Assembly: GCF_001194135.2 (NCBI RefSeq)
Contig: NC_068993.1
Location: 19,006,436 to 19,053,257 of the forward strand
Length of the DNA stretch: 46,822 nt
Direction: 5' to 3'
Source of the DNA: Octopus bimaculoides
Taxonomy: Eukaryota
Shown: in pieces, positions 12,491 through 25,500 of the stretch
Layout of the letters: each line of letters starts with the position of its first letter
Numbering within the stretch: position 1 is the first letter of the stretch
Made by a program: the position numbers and the translations under genes
The notes under the pieces: generated by a model
Databases searched by the model: none
Seen by the model: the letters and a program-made list of their open reading frames with translations, nothing else
Told to the model about the DNA's origin: nothing

Positions 12491-13280
12491 TCACACAGAA
12501 AATATTCTAAAACGATAATAAGCTTTGATTGGATGTTGACAGGAACATTTAGGCCTTGACAACGAAAAGTTCTAATTTGAAAAGAATTTCAAACACGAAA
12601 ATACATCGAAATGAAGATGGGGTGGTCGGAAGTGCAATAAAAGATTCGAGAAATAATCATATTAATAACATGTTGAAAATGCATACAGAAAAATGTGCTT
12701 TTATAGTGAATGAATTATTGGGCTATTAAAATTATAGAATAAAGTATGCATGAGGTCGAATTGCAAACATAAACATATTGAAAATATTAAAAATGAGATT
12801 TCTTCAAAGCCATTAGCTATACAATTTATAATATATAATGTCCTAAGTATGGAATCATATTATGAAAACGTGTGTAGAAAATTTGATTGTGGTGGTGGTG
12901 GTGGTGACTGTTTTGAATTAAATATTCCAAATTAAATATGCAGGCAATTGAAAACCAAACAAAATATTGTAAAAACGTACAATCGTGATATNNNNNNNNN
13001 NNNNNNNNNNNNNNNNNNNNNNNNNNNNNNNNNNNNNNNNNNNNNNNNNNNNNNNNNNNNNNNNNNNNNNNNNNNNNNNNNNNNNNNNNNNNNNNNNNNN
13101 NNNNNNNNNNNNNNNNNNNNNNNNNNNNNNNNNNNNNNNNNNNNNNNNNNNNNNNNNNNNNNNNNNNNNNNNNNNNNNNNNNNNNNNNNNNNNNNNNNNN
13201 NNNNNNNNNNNNNNNNNNNNNNNNNNNNNNNNNNNNNNNNNNNNNNNNNNNNNNNNNNNNNNNNNNNNNNNNNNNNNNNN

Positions 13281-13357
<77 letters not shown>

Positions 13358-14070
13358 CGTATGTATCTCTGTGTATACATATGCATATATATAGTGATAC
13401 ATGTATATATAAATTGTAATATTTATGTGCTTATTTTCATCTCTCATCCTTTCATTTTCTCCGCCCATTTTCCTGGGAGGTCGTGGGAATAAAATCACCA
13501 AGCGCCTCCTCCTTATGGTTTTCTCCGAGGCAACCGTCGTTATATTTCCTATAACCGATATAATTATGTATATAGGTTTGTGATATAATATAAATTAAAT
13601 TTAGTGTATAAGTCTGATTATATACATGACACGCACACAAACACACACACATACACACCCACACACACACTCTCTCACATACACACATAGACACATATAC
13701 ATTATATATTTTCCCCCATTTCTTTCTTCGATACGATTAGGAAGGTTGTTGTAGCTTTGGTAAAGCACAAGTTCGACATACTCTTGCTTCCGTACGCTTA
13801 TTAGATAGAAACTTGCAAACTGACACCTGTCTTAGGAACACAGCGCTCTCATGCTTTTGCGCTTACAGGAAAATGTTTCATATGTGGTGTTCATTTGCAT
13901 GAAAGTGCACAGGCGAACACACTTTTGCTTGAGAAATGCATCCATATGTAAGTTGTTGTAACTTTTTGCTGTTTATGCATTGCTTTTTTTGATGTTGAAA
14001 TATATTTAATTTTCTCAGATTTCAATATTCTTGTGTTCATTAAATTGATATTTTATAAAATTTCAACAGT

Positions 14071-14235
14071 AGGCGTAGGAGTGGCTGTGTGGTAAGTAGC
14101 TTGCTTAGGAACCACATGGTTCCGGGTTCAGTCCCACTGCATGGCACCTTGGCCAAGTGTCTTCTACTATAGCTTCGGGCCGACCAAAGCCTTGTGAGTG
14201 GATTTGGTGGAGGGAAACTGAAAAAACCCGTCGTA

Positions 14236-14294
<59 letters not shown>

Positions 14295-14387
14295 ATGTTT
14301 GTGTGTCTGTGTTTGCCCCCATCGTCGCTTGACAACCGATGTTGGTGTGTTTACGTCCCCGTAACTTGGCGGTTCGGCAAAAGAGAC
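14071..14387 (+). mobile_element. tRNA-derived SINE family A with internal (TA)n(TG)n
   Basis: Head aggcgtaggagtggctgtgtggtaagtagcttgct...ccgggttcagtcccactg has A- and B-box-like motifs; the body is shared with 5728-5955, 16990-17790 and 29925-30125. Confidence 0.85.
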
Positions 14388-14388
14388 A

Positions 14389-14424
<36 letters not shown>

Positions 14425-14967
14425 GTAGTAGTAGTAGTGGTAATAGTAGTAGAAGTATTAATAGTAGTAGTAGCAGTTGTGGTGATAGTTGTAGTAGTAG
14501 TATGAGGGCGTGCGCTGTAACAACGCGTTGCTGCATCCACCATTCCTTGGTGGTTGCCTAGTCCTGCCGGATGATACTTTTGCATCACTGAGATTGTAAC
14601 TCTCCAACCGATGGAACTGTTTGAATAGTCATTGCTAGTTAAGGTTTACCGATGTCAGAGTTCAAATCTGTTCTCAAGCACTTTTACTCGCCTTCTACAA
14701 CGTACAAAAGAAACGTCGGATCTATTCTTTGACAGTCCCCACACGTCATTGATAGTGCAAAAGGAAGAGGACTAATTTCAATAAAAAAAGCAGATATACT
14801 CCTGTATAGTGAAGACAACAAAATTATTCTATAAAATCCGTGTGCGAAATAAATTAATTCCTACTGTTATATTTTAAAAAATATCATTGAAAAATCCCGT
14901 TGAAAATTCAGGCACGTCAGAACCAATAAACAGAGAATAAGGACGACGGTAATAATTCTTTTCTAAT

Positions 14968-15162
14968 ATAGGCACAAGGCCTGAAATTTGGGGGAGGGTG
15001 ATAGTCGACCACATCGAATCCTGTACTTGACTGGTACTTAATTTATCGACCTCAAAAGGATGAAAGGCAAAGTCGACCTCGGCGGAATTTGAACTCAGAA
15101 GGCAGCAACGGACGAAATACCGCCAAGCAGTTCGCCGGCGTGCTAACGATTCTGCCAGCTTA
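14968..15162 (-). mobile_element. tRNA-derived SINE family B
   Basis: Same motifs as 7325-7542; the head abuts the (AAT)n/(ACT)n/(GCT)n array at 15163-15460. Confidence 0.85.
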
Positions 15163-15460
<298 letters not shown>

Positions 15461-16989
15461 AAATAAGCATTCAGATAAGGCTACTATTAAAAACTGCTGA
15501 CATTATTGATTGTGTTTATATTTCGAGAAATATCGATAGAATATTTCTCTTAACTGTACGCATGTAGCATAGAGATTGGTAAGGATTAACGTTATTGAAT
15601 GGATTGAAGATTAAGGAAGATAACATATCAACCGAAACACATAAATTCTATTAAAGATTTGACGTTTTAGNNNNNNNNNNNNNNNNNNNNNNNNNNNNNN
15701 NNNNNNNNNNNNNNNNNNNNNNNNNNNNNNNNNNNNNNNNNNNNNNNNNNNNNNNNNNNNNATATATACGCCCGAGTGCACGCACACAAACACACACACA
15801 CATGAGTTTCTGCTCTTGAAATGAAATCCAAAAATGAAACAAAAAAAGAATAATGAAAAAAATAATAATAATAACATACTAATGTAAATTGACAGCTTCC
15901 ATTTCTCTGTTTTGTTTCATCGTTATTACAAGCAGTAAGATAACTTATAATTAGGCTACAAGACACAATTATAGAAAATAAAACTGAGAAAATGTAAAAT
16001 AACAAATGAATACGTAAGGAAAAGGAAAGCGAACAATGTTAAAACAATGGCTTCCATTTCAGTTTCAGAGATTTGTTTATTCCGAATAACATTAATAATA
16101 ATAATAATAATAACAATAATAATAATAATAGTAGTAGAAGTAGTAATAATGTGACTATGTTGACAACGACAATAATGGTGATGATGATGATGATAAGAAC
16201 AATAATACAAAATGAGTGAAGTAGATATTTAATAATGTTTAAGAGGATGTCGACCTTAAGAGTGTCTGCATCCTCTTCAGGTCTCAATGTGACACGTATG
16301 TTTCTTGACATTGAATAGATGCCGTTCTAGTTATGAATATATGACACTGACCATTTGATCGGCGTTGGGGTGGAGTTTGTGTATTAGAGAGTTTTATAAA
16401 ATGATCAGCCATCACGAAGTTTATGCATCTAATTGACAATCGTCTGCTATAAGCAATTTTTTGTTTGTTTGTTTTGCTCAATTATTTTTATACGATTCAT
16501 ATCTTTTCTTTCGCGTGTCAACAATTATTTTTTTTTGTATCAAACATGTCTTACCGCTGGATAATTATTTTCCAACGATTAGTTATTGAGGTATGTATAT
16601 TCTGTGTCTTTTATTTAGCTATGGCATTTGAAAATTATTCAACTTAATGCTTTAAAACTCATCCATATATCTTTTAAAAACACAGTACTTGTTTTCGAGA
16701 ATGTTATTTATTTACTTCTGCTTGTTCTTTAATTCAGTTTATTTAAATCGTTTTTTTTTAACATTTTGATGTATAAAATTTCAAATCAACAATGCTTTTA
16801 ATGAATTGCTTGAGACCTAACTCTTTTTGGAGTCCTGGCGGAGCTGCTGTACTTGAAGTGTAACTGATTCCCTGCCAGACACAGATGACTCCCAGGTTTC
16901 CGCTAATGAGTTAACCGTTCATTGCTTGGTGTTTTCCATTTTCCTATTCACTCCCCGCTGTCCTCTTCTCTTTCTTTCCTATTCTGCAC

Positions 16990-17124
16990 TTATTGTTCGC
17001 TTCTCAACCACGTGTTTCTGGTTCAGTCGTATTGTGCAGCACCTTGGGCAAGTGACTTCGAATATACCTTCCAGCCGTCTTCTGATCGGATTTAGGAGAT
17101 GGAAACTGTGTAGAAGCCGGGCCG

Positions 17125-17159
<35 letters not shown>

Positions 17160-17193
17160 CACATAAATTATATATAAATATACATACACGTGC

Positions 17194-17224
<31 letters not shown>

Positions 17225-17516
17225 TGCATGCATGTACATANNNNNNNNNNNNNNNNNNNNNNNNNNNNNNNNNNNNNNNNNNNNNNNNNNNNNNNNNNNN
17301 NNNNNNNNNNNNNNNNNNNNNNNNNNNNNNNNNNNNNNNNNNNNNNNNNNNNNNNNNNNNNNNNNNNNNNNNNNNNNNNNNNNNNNNNNNNNNNNNNNNN
17401 NNNNNNNNNNNNNNNNNNNNNNNNNNNNNNNNNNNNNNNNNNNNNNNNNNNNNNNNNNNNNNNNNNNNNNNNNNNNNNNNNNNNNNNNNNNNNNNNNNNN
17501 NNNNNNNNNNNNNNNN

Positions 17517-17549
<33 letters not shown>

Positions 17550-17790
17550 CCAGATGTATGTGCGTATGTGTATATTTGTGTTTGGCCTTACATCACTTGT
17601 CGTCAATCGGTGTTTGTTTATTTACGTCTCCACAACTTAGTAGTTTATCGAACGATCCGACAGAATAGATATCAGAATATAAGCAAGAACTAAGTACCGG
17701 AGTCAATTTGTCTAACTAAACGCTTCTAAGTGTAACCCGAAAATGACCGCAGTGAAATGACTGAAACAAGTAAAAGTATAAAGAAAAGAA
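16990..17790 (+). mobile_element. Diverged SINE family A copy spanning an N-gap in its internal microsatellite
   Basis: 5' part has gcaccttgggcaagtg...ggaaactgtgtagaagcc; the 3' part ends gcagtgaaatgactgaaacaagtaaaag. Confidence 0.75.
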
Positions 17791-18304
17791 TGCTCTTCGT
17801 TAGATTTAGCTTCATAGCCATAAAATGTGATGATATTTTTCTTCACTGTTGTTAGGCCTTGTGTACATAATGCCACGCATGTTGCGACAGCATATTATTT
17901 CCAATTCCTATATCTTTTTTCCGTATCCCCACTTCAGTGATGGTTTAAAAAATGTTGCGCCATTATATTTAAGCGCCATTATATTTTAGTTCAAAATTCA
18001 TTATGATCGATCTTGTCAAGATATACTTTCAAAGTCTATAAATTAACTGCTAATGAATTACTCGCTCACAATGTATAACATACTCGCCAACCCATTACTG
18101 AATATTTGTTCACTACAACTGCTGGTATGTCTTCCATGGAATTTGCAGCGTTGTGTGTGTCTGTGTCAAAAATCGTTAGTAAAAATGTTAAGTATTTCAG
18201 ATTAAACGAAAAGAGCCTGTATTTTAATTACGAACTTTAAATATTAGGTAATTCTACAAAATATATATGACTATGTTTGTGTATGCATATGTGAGTATGT
18301 GTGA

Positions 18305-18343
<39 letters not shown>

Positions 18344-18463
18344 NNNNNNNNNNNNNNNNNNNNNNNNNNNNNNNNNNNNNNNNNNNNNNNNNNNNNNNNN
18401 NNNNNNNNNNNNNNNNNNNNNNNNNNNNNNNNNNNNNNNNNNNNNNNNNNNNNNNNNNNNNNN

Positions 18464-18503
<40 letters not shown>

Positions 18504-19351
18504 ATGATTAAAATTTAAAAAATTAAATAATTTTGTTGTGCAAATTAAGATTATTGTCTGGAAATATTTAATATATTGCTTTATATTATACATTCATTAA
18601 AGTCAATTAATTCTCTCATCGAATGAAAATAATGGCTCCATAAATAATCCATTATATATGCGTGAAATTAAATTCTAAATGTTTTTGAAATTATTTCAAT
18701 TATTTCTTAAAATGGCTAATTCTGCACGCAAAGGACGTATAACAGCGAGAAATTAATAAGATTATTTAGTTCTTAAATATAATTCTCTATGATTTATTCG
18801 TGGAAATCTAAGAGAACACGGTACAGTTAATTGCAAGCCTTTTTGAAAGGAAATATTGGACACGATAAATTTGTAATAAAATATTGTTAATATTGTTTCA
18901 AAACAAAGACTACAAACAAATACTGACAAAACCACAGATTCATTTGCACGCTCGCGCACCATCCTACAAACTGTAACGGAAATATTAGAGTATTATGGCA
19001 TACATATTCCCATGTATATGTTACTTTGTGTGTTTATGTGTTAGTTTTTGTGCTTGTTAGGGTTTATTACCATGTTTTTTTTTCTAGACGCCAGGACTCT
19101 GCTCGGTTTATATTACACTATTATCCATAAAAACATATACACATACCCACAGAGATTCAGTAATACATAAACTTCAAGTTTGCAACGATGCGCCTAGAAT
19201 TAATATTCATCAAGCTATAAACATATGGCAAATAAAACATATTTTATAATTTCTTATTATACAGGAAAATACCATATATCTCCACATTACAATTATCCTG
19301 AAATGAAATATAAAACTCGTACTTTTTAGAGTTTATTAAAAACAATGATTC

Positions 19352-19441
<90 letters not shown>

Positions 19442-19604
19442 AGTTTTCGCTTTTATTAGATCCATTCCAAGAAAAGTAATTAAATTTCCTTCCCTCAAAG
19501 ACATACATGCATGTGTATATAATTTTTCTTCCTCCGTTTTACGGACTATTTGTACTAAGTGCCACTGAAGTCGAATATCACTTTTTAAAAATAATTATTT
19601 CCTT

Positions 19605-19694
19605 TTCGGGGTCGATAAAACAAGTGCCTGCTGAGTAGTAGGGTCGACTATACCCTTCCCCCGAAATTGCTGGCCTTTTGCCAAAATTTGAAAC

Positions 19695-19697
<3 letters not shown>
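19605..19697 (+). mobile_element. 3' fragment of SINE family B with (ATT)n tail
   Basis: cctttcggggtcgataaa...gggtcgact...aaattgctggccttttgccaaaatttgaaacc followed by (ATT)n at 19698-19767. Confidence 0.75.
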
Positions 19698-19751
<54 letters not shown>

Positions 19752-19770
19752 CATTATTATTATTATTCTT

Positions 19771-20300
19771 GTGTGATAGAGCAGTGCATGCCATCAAAGC
19801 CCAGTATACCCATCATGACTACCCGTCTGATAAGGGTACACCAGGCACATGCATCATAACCATGTGTGGGTGACATGGTGACCTGGTATCAAGATAAACA
19901 GCGCATGACCTTGCAGGTGGGCCCAGTTAGAATTTTCTTCAGGTCGAGTAGCCCATCCCGCTCAAAAGCTCCCCGAATAAGGGTTGTTTAAGAATATTCA
20001 GCGAAACACTTATGTTTCCAGAGGTGAATGATCCACATCTTAAAAAATTTCTCTCAGCACATGGCTATGGTGTTCCCCCACTACTTCTTCTCGTGATCAG
20101 AGATGTACATATTGTCGCCTAGTAAGGGATATGCTCAACTGGTTAAGATCAAACAACTGACAAGCAAACATGTGGTATTCATCAGAATATTTGCTGTAAC
20201 CCATCTTTTATACCAAGACTAAACAATGTACACGATAACACTTCCAATCAGTTAAGATCAGAAACCATGAGAGCCACTGCCTGGTATGCATCCGAGCATT
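19771..20300. mobile_element. Unclassified ~530-bp interspersed repeat 'X', copy 1
   Basis: Reverse complement aligns along its length with 42773-43310; both copies are flanked by ATT/AAT microsatellites. Confidence 0.85.
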
Positions 20301-20323
20301 TTATTATTATTATTATTATTATT

Positions 20324-21540
20324 CAGTAGTTTTATTTTTATAACGTGCTTTCACTTCACTACCGAGCGCAGCTCTGTGCGCCTTGGGTATGTGCTGTGGT
20401 TTGCTATGGTGCTCTTATGTTTACTGTATTGAGAGTGTTTTGCGTAGGATGTGTGCAGAGCCCAGTAGTGCAATTTTCTGTATGTTATATATATTTGTAA
20501 GTCCTGCTATTTTTGTTATGTATTTGTCTGAATATTTTTTTATTATACCTAAGGCACCTACTATGATAGGAATTGTTTCTGTTTTTAGATTCCACATTCG
20601 AGTTATCTCTATTTCCAGGTCTTTGTATTTTGAAAGTTTCTCTACTTCTTTTAGAGAAACGTTGTCATCTGCTGGTATTGATACATCAATTAGAAAGCAT
20701 TTTTTTTCTTCATGATCTCTGACAACTACNNNNNNNNNNNNNNNNNNNNNNNNNNNNNNNNNNNNNNNNNNNNNNNNNNNNNNNNNNNNNNNNNNNNNNN
20801 NNNNNNNNNNNNNNNNNNNNNNNNNNNNNNNNNNNNNNNNNNNNNNNNNNNNNNNNNNNNNNNNNNNNNNNNNNNNNNNNNNNNNNNNNNNNNNNNNNNN
20901 NNNNNNNNNNNNNNNNNNNNNNNNNNNNNNNNNNNNNNNNNNNNNNNNNNNNNNNNNNNNNNNNNNNNNNNNNNNNNNNNNNNNNNNNNNNNNNNNNNNN
21001 NNNNNNNNNGTGATGCTCTTATGGTTACTGTATTGAAAGTGCTTTGCGTAGGATGTGTGCAGTGCCCAGTAGTGCAATTTTCTATATGTTATATATATTT
21101 GTAAGTCCTGGTGTTTTTGTTATGCATTTGTCTGAATATTTTTTAATTATACCTAAGGCACCTACTATGATAGGAATTGTTTCTGTTTTTAGATTCCACA
21201 TTCGAGTTATCTCTATTTCCAGGTCTTTGTATTTTGAAAGTTTCTCTACTTCTTTTAGAGAAACGTTGTCATCTGCTGGTATTGATACATCAATTAGAAA
21301 GCATTTTTTTTCTTCATGATCTCTGACAACTACATCTGGCCTATTTCTCTTTCTGTGTGTATTGGCATATCCCAGAGTATGGTTGCTTTCTCGTTTTCTG
21401 TGACCTTTCCTGGCGTGTGCCTATACCATCTTTTTTCTGTTGTTATTCTATAGTGTTAGCATAGCTTCCAGTGTATGTAGGTCCTAACTCTGTCATGTCT
21501 GTGAATATATTCCTTCTTAGACAGGACGGGGCAGCTAGTA
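20324..21540 (-). mobile_element. 5'-truncated R4/Dong-clade non-LTR retrotransposon (restriction-like endonuclease domain and 3' UTR); part of it is repeated on both sides of the N-gap at 20730-21009
   Basis: Minus strand reads SCPVLSKKEYIHRHDRVRTYIHWKLC*HYRITTEKRWYRHTP...ILWDMPIHTERE / RPDVVVRDHEEKKCFLIDVSIPADDNVSLKEVEKLSKYKDLEIEITRMWNLKTETIPIIVGALG...IQKIALLGSAHILRKTL. These are the RHD, PD..D and EKxxKY motifs of RLE-type LINEs. The 3' UTR ends in (TAA)n at 20301-20323. Confidence 0.9.
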
Positions 21541-21669
21541 CCGTAGGGTACCGGTCCGTTTATTTCCGTTGTTAAATTGTTTTGCACGTGTAGGTTTTCG
21601 TACTTTTTGTGTAACAAGTTTAAAGCACTTCTCGATTGTTATTGTTGGGTTGAATAATACCGGTATTAT

Positions 21670-22934
21670 TTAATTTATTTGTAATTTTTTTGTACATGGT
21701 GTTTTGGGCCGGAGATAGTCTGGTGTTGATGGCCCTCTTCTGTTGACCAGTCTGGAACGGGGGTGGGGGAGCAGCAGTTTTTCGTTTATTTTGGCAATTT
21801 CATGGCAATGATTTTGCAGTAATGGTTTTTTCGGGTTTTAGGAAGTTTTAGTGGATGAGTCCAGCAGTACACCACCAAAAAGTCACCATAACCTTCTTTT
21901 TGAAGAGCTCGGGTTTATGGAAGGTTTCTGGTGCTTCATTTTGGTCCGCTCACTGCAAAGAAGGTTTTTTTTATTATTGTACAGAATCCACTTTTCATCG
22001 CAAGTTACAATCCGATCGGGAAATGAATCGGTTTGGTTACGGAGAAGAAGTGACGAGCAAATTTCATATCTGGGCATTTTTTGATTGTCATTCAAATCGT
22101 GTGGTACTCATTTGTCGAGATGTTTTGAATTTCCGATCGTATGTAAATGGTTGCAGGCAGTTTTCTAGTTAACTTGAGGTTCTTTTGCCAGTTCTCGAAT
22201 GGTTTTACTTGGATGTTTCTCAATGACAGCCTTTAATTGAAGTCATCGATGACAGAAGGGCATCAACTATGCTCACGATCTTCAAGACTCAGGTCTTCAC
22301 TGCGAAATCGTTTGAATCCTTTTCAAGCTGACCACCCACTGGGCATTTCCTCACCAAATGTTTCGTTGATATTTCGAGGAGTTTCAGCTGCTTTACGTCC
22401 TTTTTTAAAGTTGAATAGCACAATTGCTCGAATATCGTGCTTTGACAGTTGGATTTCAGATGATTGTAACAACAGTGAAAAAAAATATCAATGTTTATTT
22501 ATTGATGCATTTGGACAAGTCTATGTCTGTATTATCAGAAAATTGCAAAAAATGTTTAAAAAAATACAAAACTCTTCAGAAATCCGGTACAAATACTTCA
22601 TGGTTCAAAACGGTGCTTACTTTTTACTCAACCTGATAGTTGATATTTTGTTTGTAACTATGGTAGGTGTTAAACTCCGTCTCGTGAGTTTTGTTGCTTT
22701 TCTACTCCTTCGCCTTAATTAACTTTCAGATCCAAAAGCCTTCAAGTAGCATCTGAGGCTTCAAATGACAATTATCTGTTTCTGACTTCCAGCATCAAAC
22801 TTCTCCCGCTAACAGTGTTCACATGAGCAGAATATTAATCTCTGGAATAGGGTTATTCTAATATCATCTGAACTGATTTTAAATCTGACGAAATAAATAA
22901 AAGGTCCACATAAATAACTTCGATTAAAACTAAT
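21670..22934 (-). mobile_element. Decayed mariner (Mos1/Hsmar-like) transposase fragment with 5' TIR-like end
   Basis: Minus strand has SKHDIRAIVLFNFKKGRKAAETPRNINETFGEE (HTH) and DRIVTCDEKWILYNN (first D of the DD34D triad), with many stops and frameshifts. A TIR-like sequence lies at ~22893-22934. Confidence 0.85.
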
Positions 22935-23705
22935 TGTAAAATTGTCCTTACATTCATGAAAGTGTTAACATCTTGTACAACAAGATCACTGTAAATGTTT
23001 GGATGTCGAATTTAATTTAGTACCATGAAAGATAATTTTTCATGTAAAATTCATTAGTCAAATATACCTTCATTAAAAACAAGTTCTACCTACTTTTCAA
23101 AAAAGGGCTACGGCGGGTAAACTGTTACTTTCTCATTCTTCAGTCATGCTTCATTTTACATCACATACGGAGACAATATAGAGGGAGTACTATATATATA
23201 TATATATAACTAGAAAAAGAATTCTTCCGCAAAAAGGCTAGTAAAACTCTTATAATAGATGTCATAACATTCTGTATAAAATAATTTTAAAAATACTGTA
23301 TTAATTCTCATAAACTATCAAATATATATACATATATATATAAGTATATATAAAGAGGGAGAGAGAGAGGAGAGAGTAAATACAAGAACAGCAGAATAAG
23401 TGCACGTACAAGGCTTGGTGGCAGACAATGCGTAGAAAACGGCATGTGAGAAAGAAAGGACCCTAGAAACAAACGAAGAGGAGAAAAGAAAGTAATTGAT
23501 AGGGTTATTAAAAAAGGAGCATAACAAATGAGAAATGTGTATTATATCATTTATTTTAAAGTAATATATATATTTATATTTTGAAAATTAGTATTCACTT
23601 CATAATTGTGTATAATCACCCAAAAATCTATTGAACTTTAATTATAATTATTGCATATTTGCCATGATACCTCATGTTACTTTTGGTAGCAACAGCAAAC
23701 TTCCA

Positions 23706-23735
23706 GTTGCCCGTCATATGACGGTAACACCCTAG
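23706..23735 (+). mobile_element. Helitron-like 3' terminus
   Basis: Perfect hairpin CCGTCA-TA-TGACGG (23711-23724) followed 7 nt later by CTAG (23732-23735); the 5' end was not identified. Confidence 0.55.
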
Positions 23736-23874
23736 NNNNNNNNNNNNNNNNNNNTATATATATATATAAATAAATATAAATATATATATACATATATATA
23801 TAGTGAGATATTACATACACATATATATATACATCTACATACACGTATGTGATAGTATACTCATGTATACACAC

Positions 23875-23931
<57 letters not shown>

Positions 23932-24637
23932 ACATATCTAAACGTATATGTGTATAAATATGCACTCTTTTGGCGCACACGCACACGCTCCTCCCCACAC
24001 ATACACACACATATATAGATATATATTCAGGTTGTCTTGGTATTGAATATATTGCTTTGCTTCGATAAGGATAGTCCAAAATGAACTGAATATAAAAAAT
24101 GGCATGATATACTATCATTTAAGCAGTTGGTAGAGTTATTTTGACGAAAGTAACGTTTTAGTTTATTTCAAGATTCACACTTTGAATATATTGTCAAATT
24201 TCATGAATTAATGGTTTATTATATTTTTAGTGCTGGCAGATGTTAGTGTACATAAACACATATAAGTATACCTTCATCAAACGGTAGTAGTTGTAATGCA
24301 TTCTGGAAAACAGATGTTCGGTTCTTTTGTTGTGGAATAAGGTGCCTGGAATTCTTTGCGAACGCACCAATTTTTTATTCGTCTTATTCCTCTTAGAATA
24401 GTTTGAACAAAATTATGATCTAGAAGTAAGTTAAATAAGGAATTTTCGAAAAAAAAAGCAAAACATTTTTAGCAATTTATGGATAATTTCAAAATAGATG
24501 TTTGTAAATTCATGCAGTATTTCCGTATGTTTTGAGCTACTGATAAATTTATGTTTATATGTATACTTAAATATCGCTCTATCTGTGTGTCTGTTTCTCT
24601 CTCTCTCTACATGTATATATATGTGTGTGTGTGTGTG

Positions 24638-24676
<39 letters not shown>

Positions 24677-24745
24677 ACGTGTTTTATCTAAAAATAAATC
24701 ATATACAAATAGTATGACTATGTTTACATACACAAGTGCATACGA

Positions 24746-24819
<74 letters not shown>

Positions 24820-24857
24820 CCCCTCTTTCTTTCCCTCTCTCATTAAATATTTTTCAT

Positions 24858-25500
24858 ACAGGCTGGCGTTCGAAAAAGTTGCCTTGGTTCCGTAGCGTAG
24901 TGTTACAGGAATAATTTTATACACACGAGAAAGCATCCAGCTTTTTTGTTTGCAAGTGTCTTTGTGTTATTTCGACCGCTAGTAAACTCTGAACAAATAT
25001 GGCGCATTAGTCAATTGTTTGCTATGCATCCTCTCTACATTAGTTGATTGTAATAATGTAAGATTGCATTATTATCTTTTCAGCAAGATAACGTACTCAA
25101 TAACGGAAAGAGTGGAGATTGTGGAAGCCTATGTGAGAACGGGTTCTGTTAAGCAAACGCGTGAAATTTTTGGAGTCAAGTTTCCGGTTAAAGGCCTACC
25201 TAAGGAGAATTATAAATGTTCGTTAAAAAGTGGCATGGTACGGGGTCAGAAGTGGCGTGCTACGTCTCCAAACAGAAAGACGCTACAGTTCGAACGCCGG
25301 AATTTATTTAGGATATTCGCCAAAGGATTACTTGCAGTCCAAAGAAATCAACATATAAGTAGGCGCGGCAGTCTCACATAACCAGGAGGTCATGCCTGTG
25401 GGTGTTGAAAAGTCTGAAGTTGAAGCCATATCATTTCACATGTCTACAGCATTTAAAATGGGACGACCGAAGGAAAGTAGTAAATTGTTGTGCATGACTT
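24858..25500 (+). mobile_element. Tc1/mariner-superfamily transposase 5' fragment (DUF4817-like HTH)
   Basis: YSITERVEIVEAYVRTGSVKQTREIFGVKFPVKGLPK, followed by frameshifts; TA-CAGGCTGG.. TIR-like start at ~24858. Confidence 0.65.

Noticed and set aside
14500-14830. Possible third Dong-like 3' fragment on the minus strand ending in (ACT)n(AAT)n
   Set aside because: Only a vague resemblance in translation; no recognisable RLE motif.
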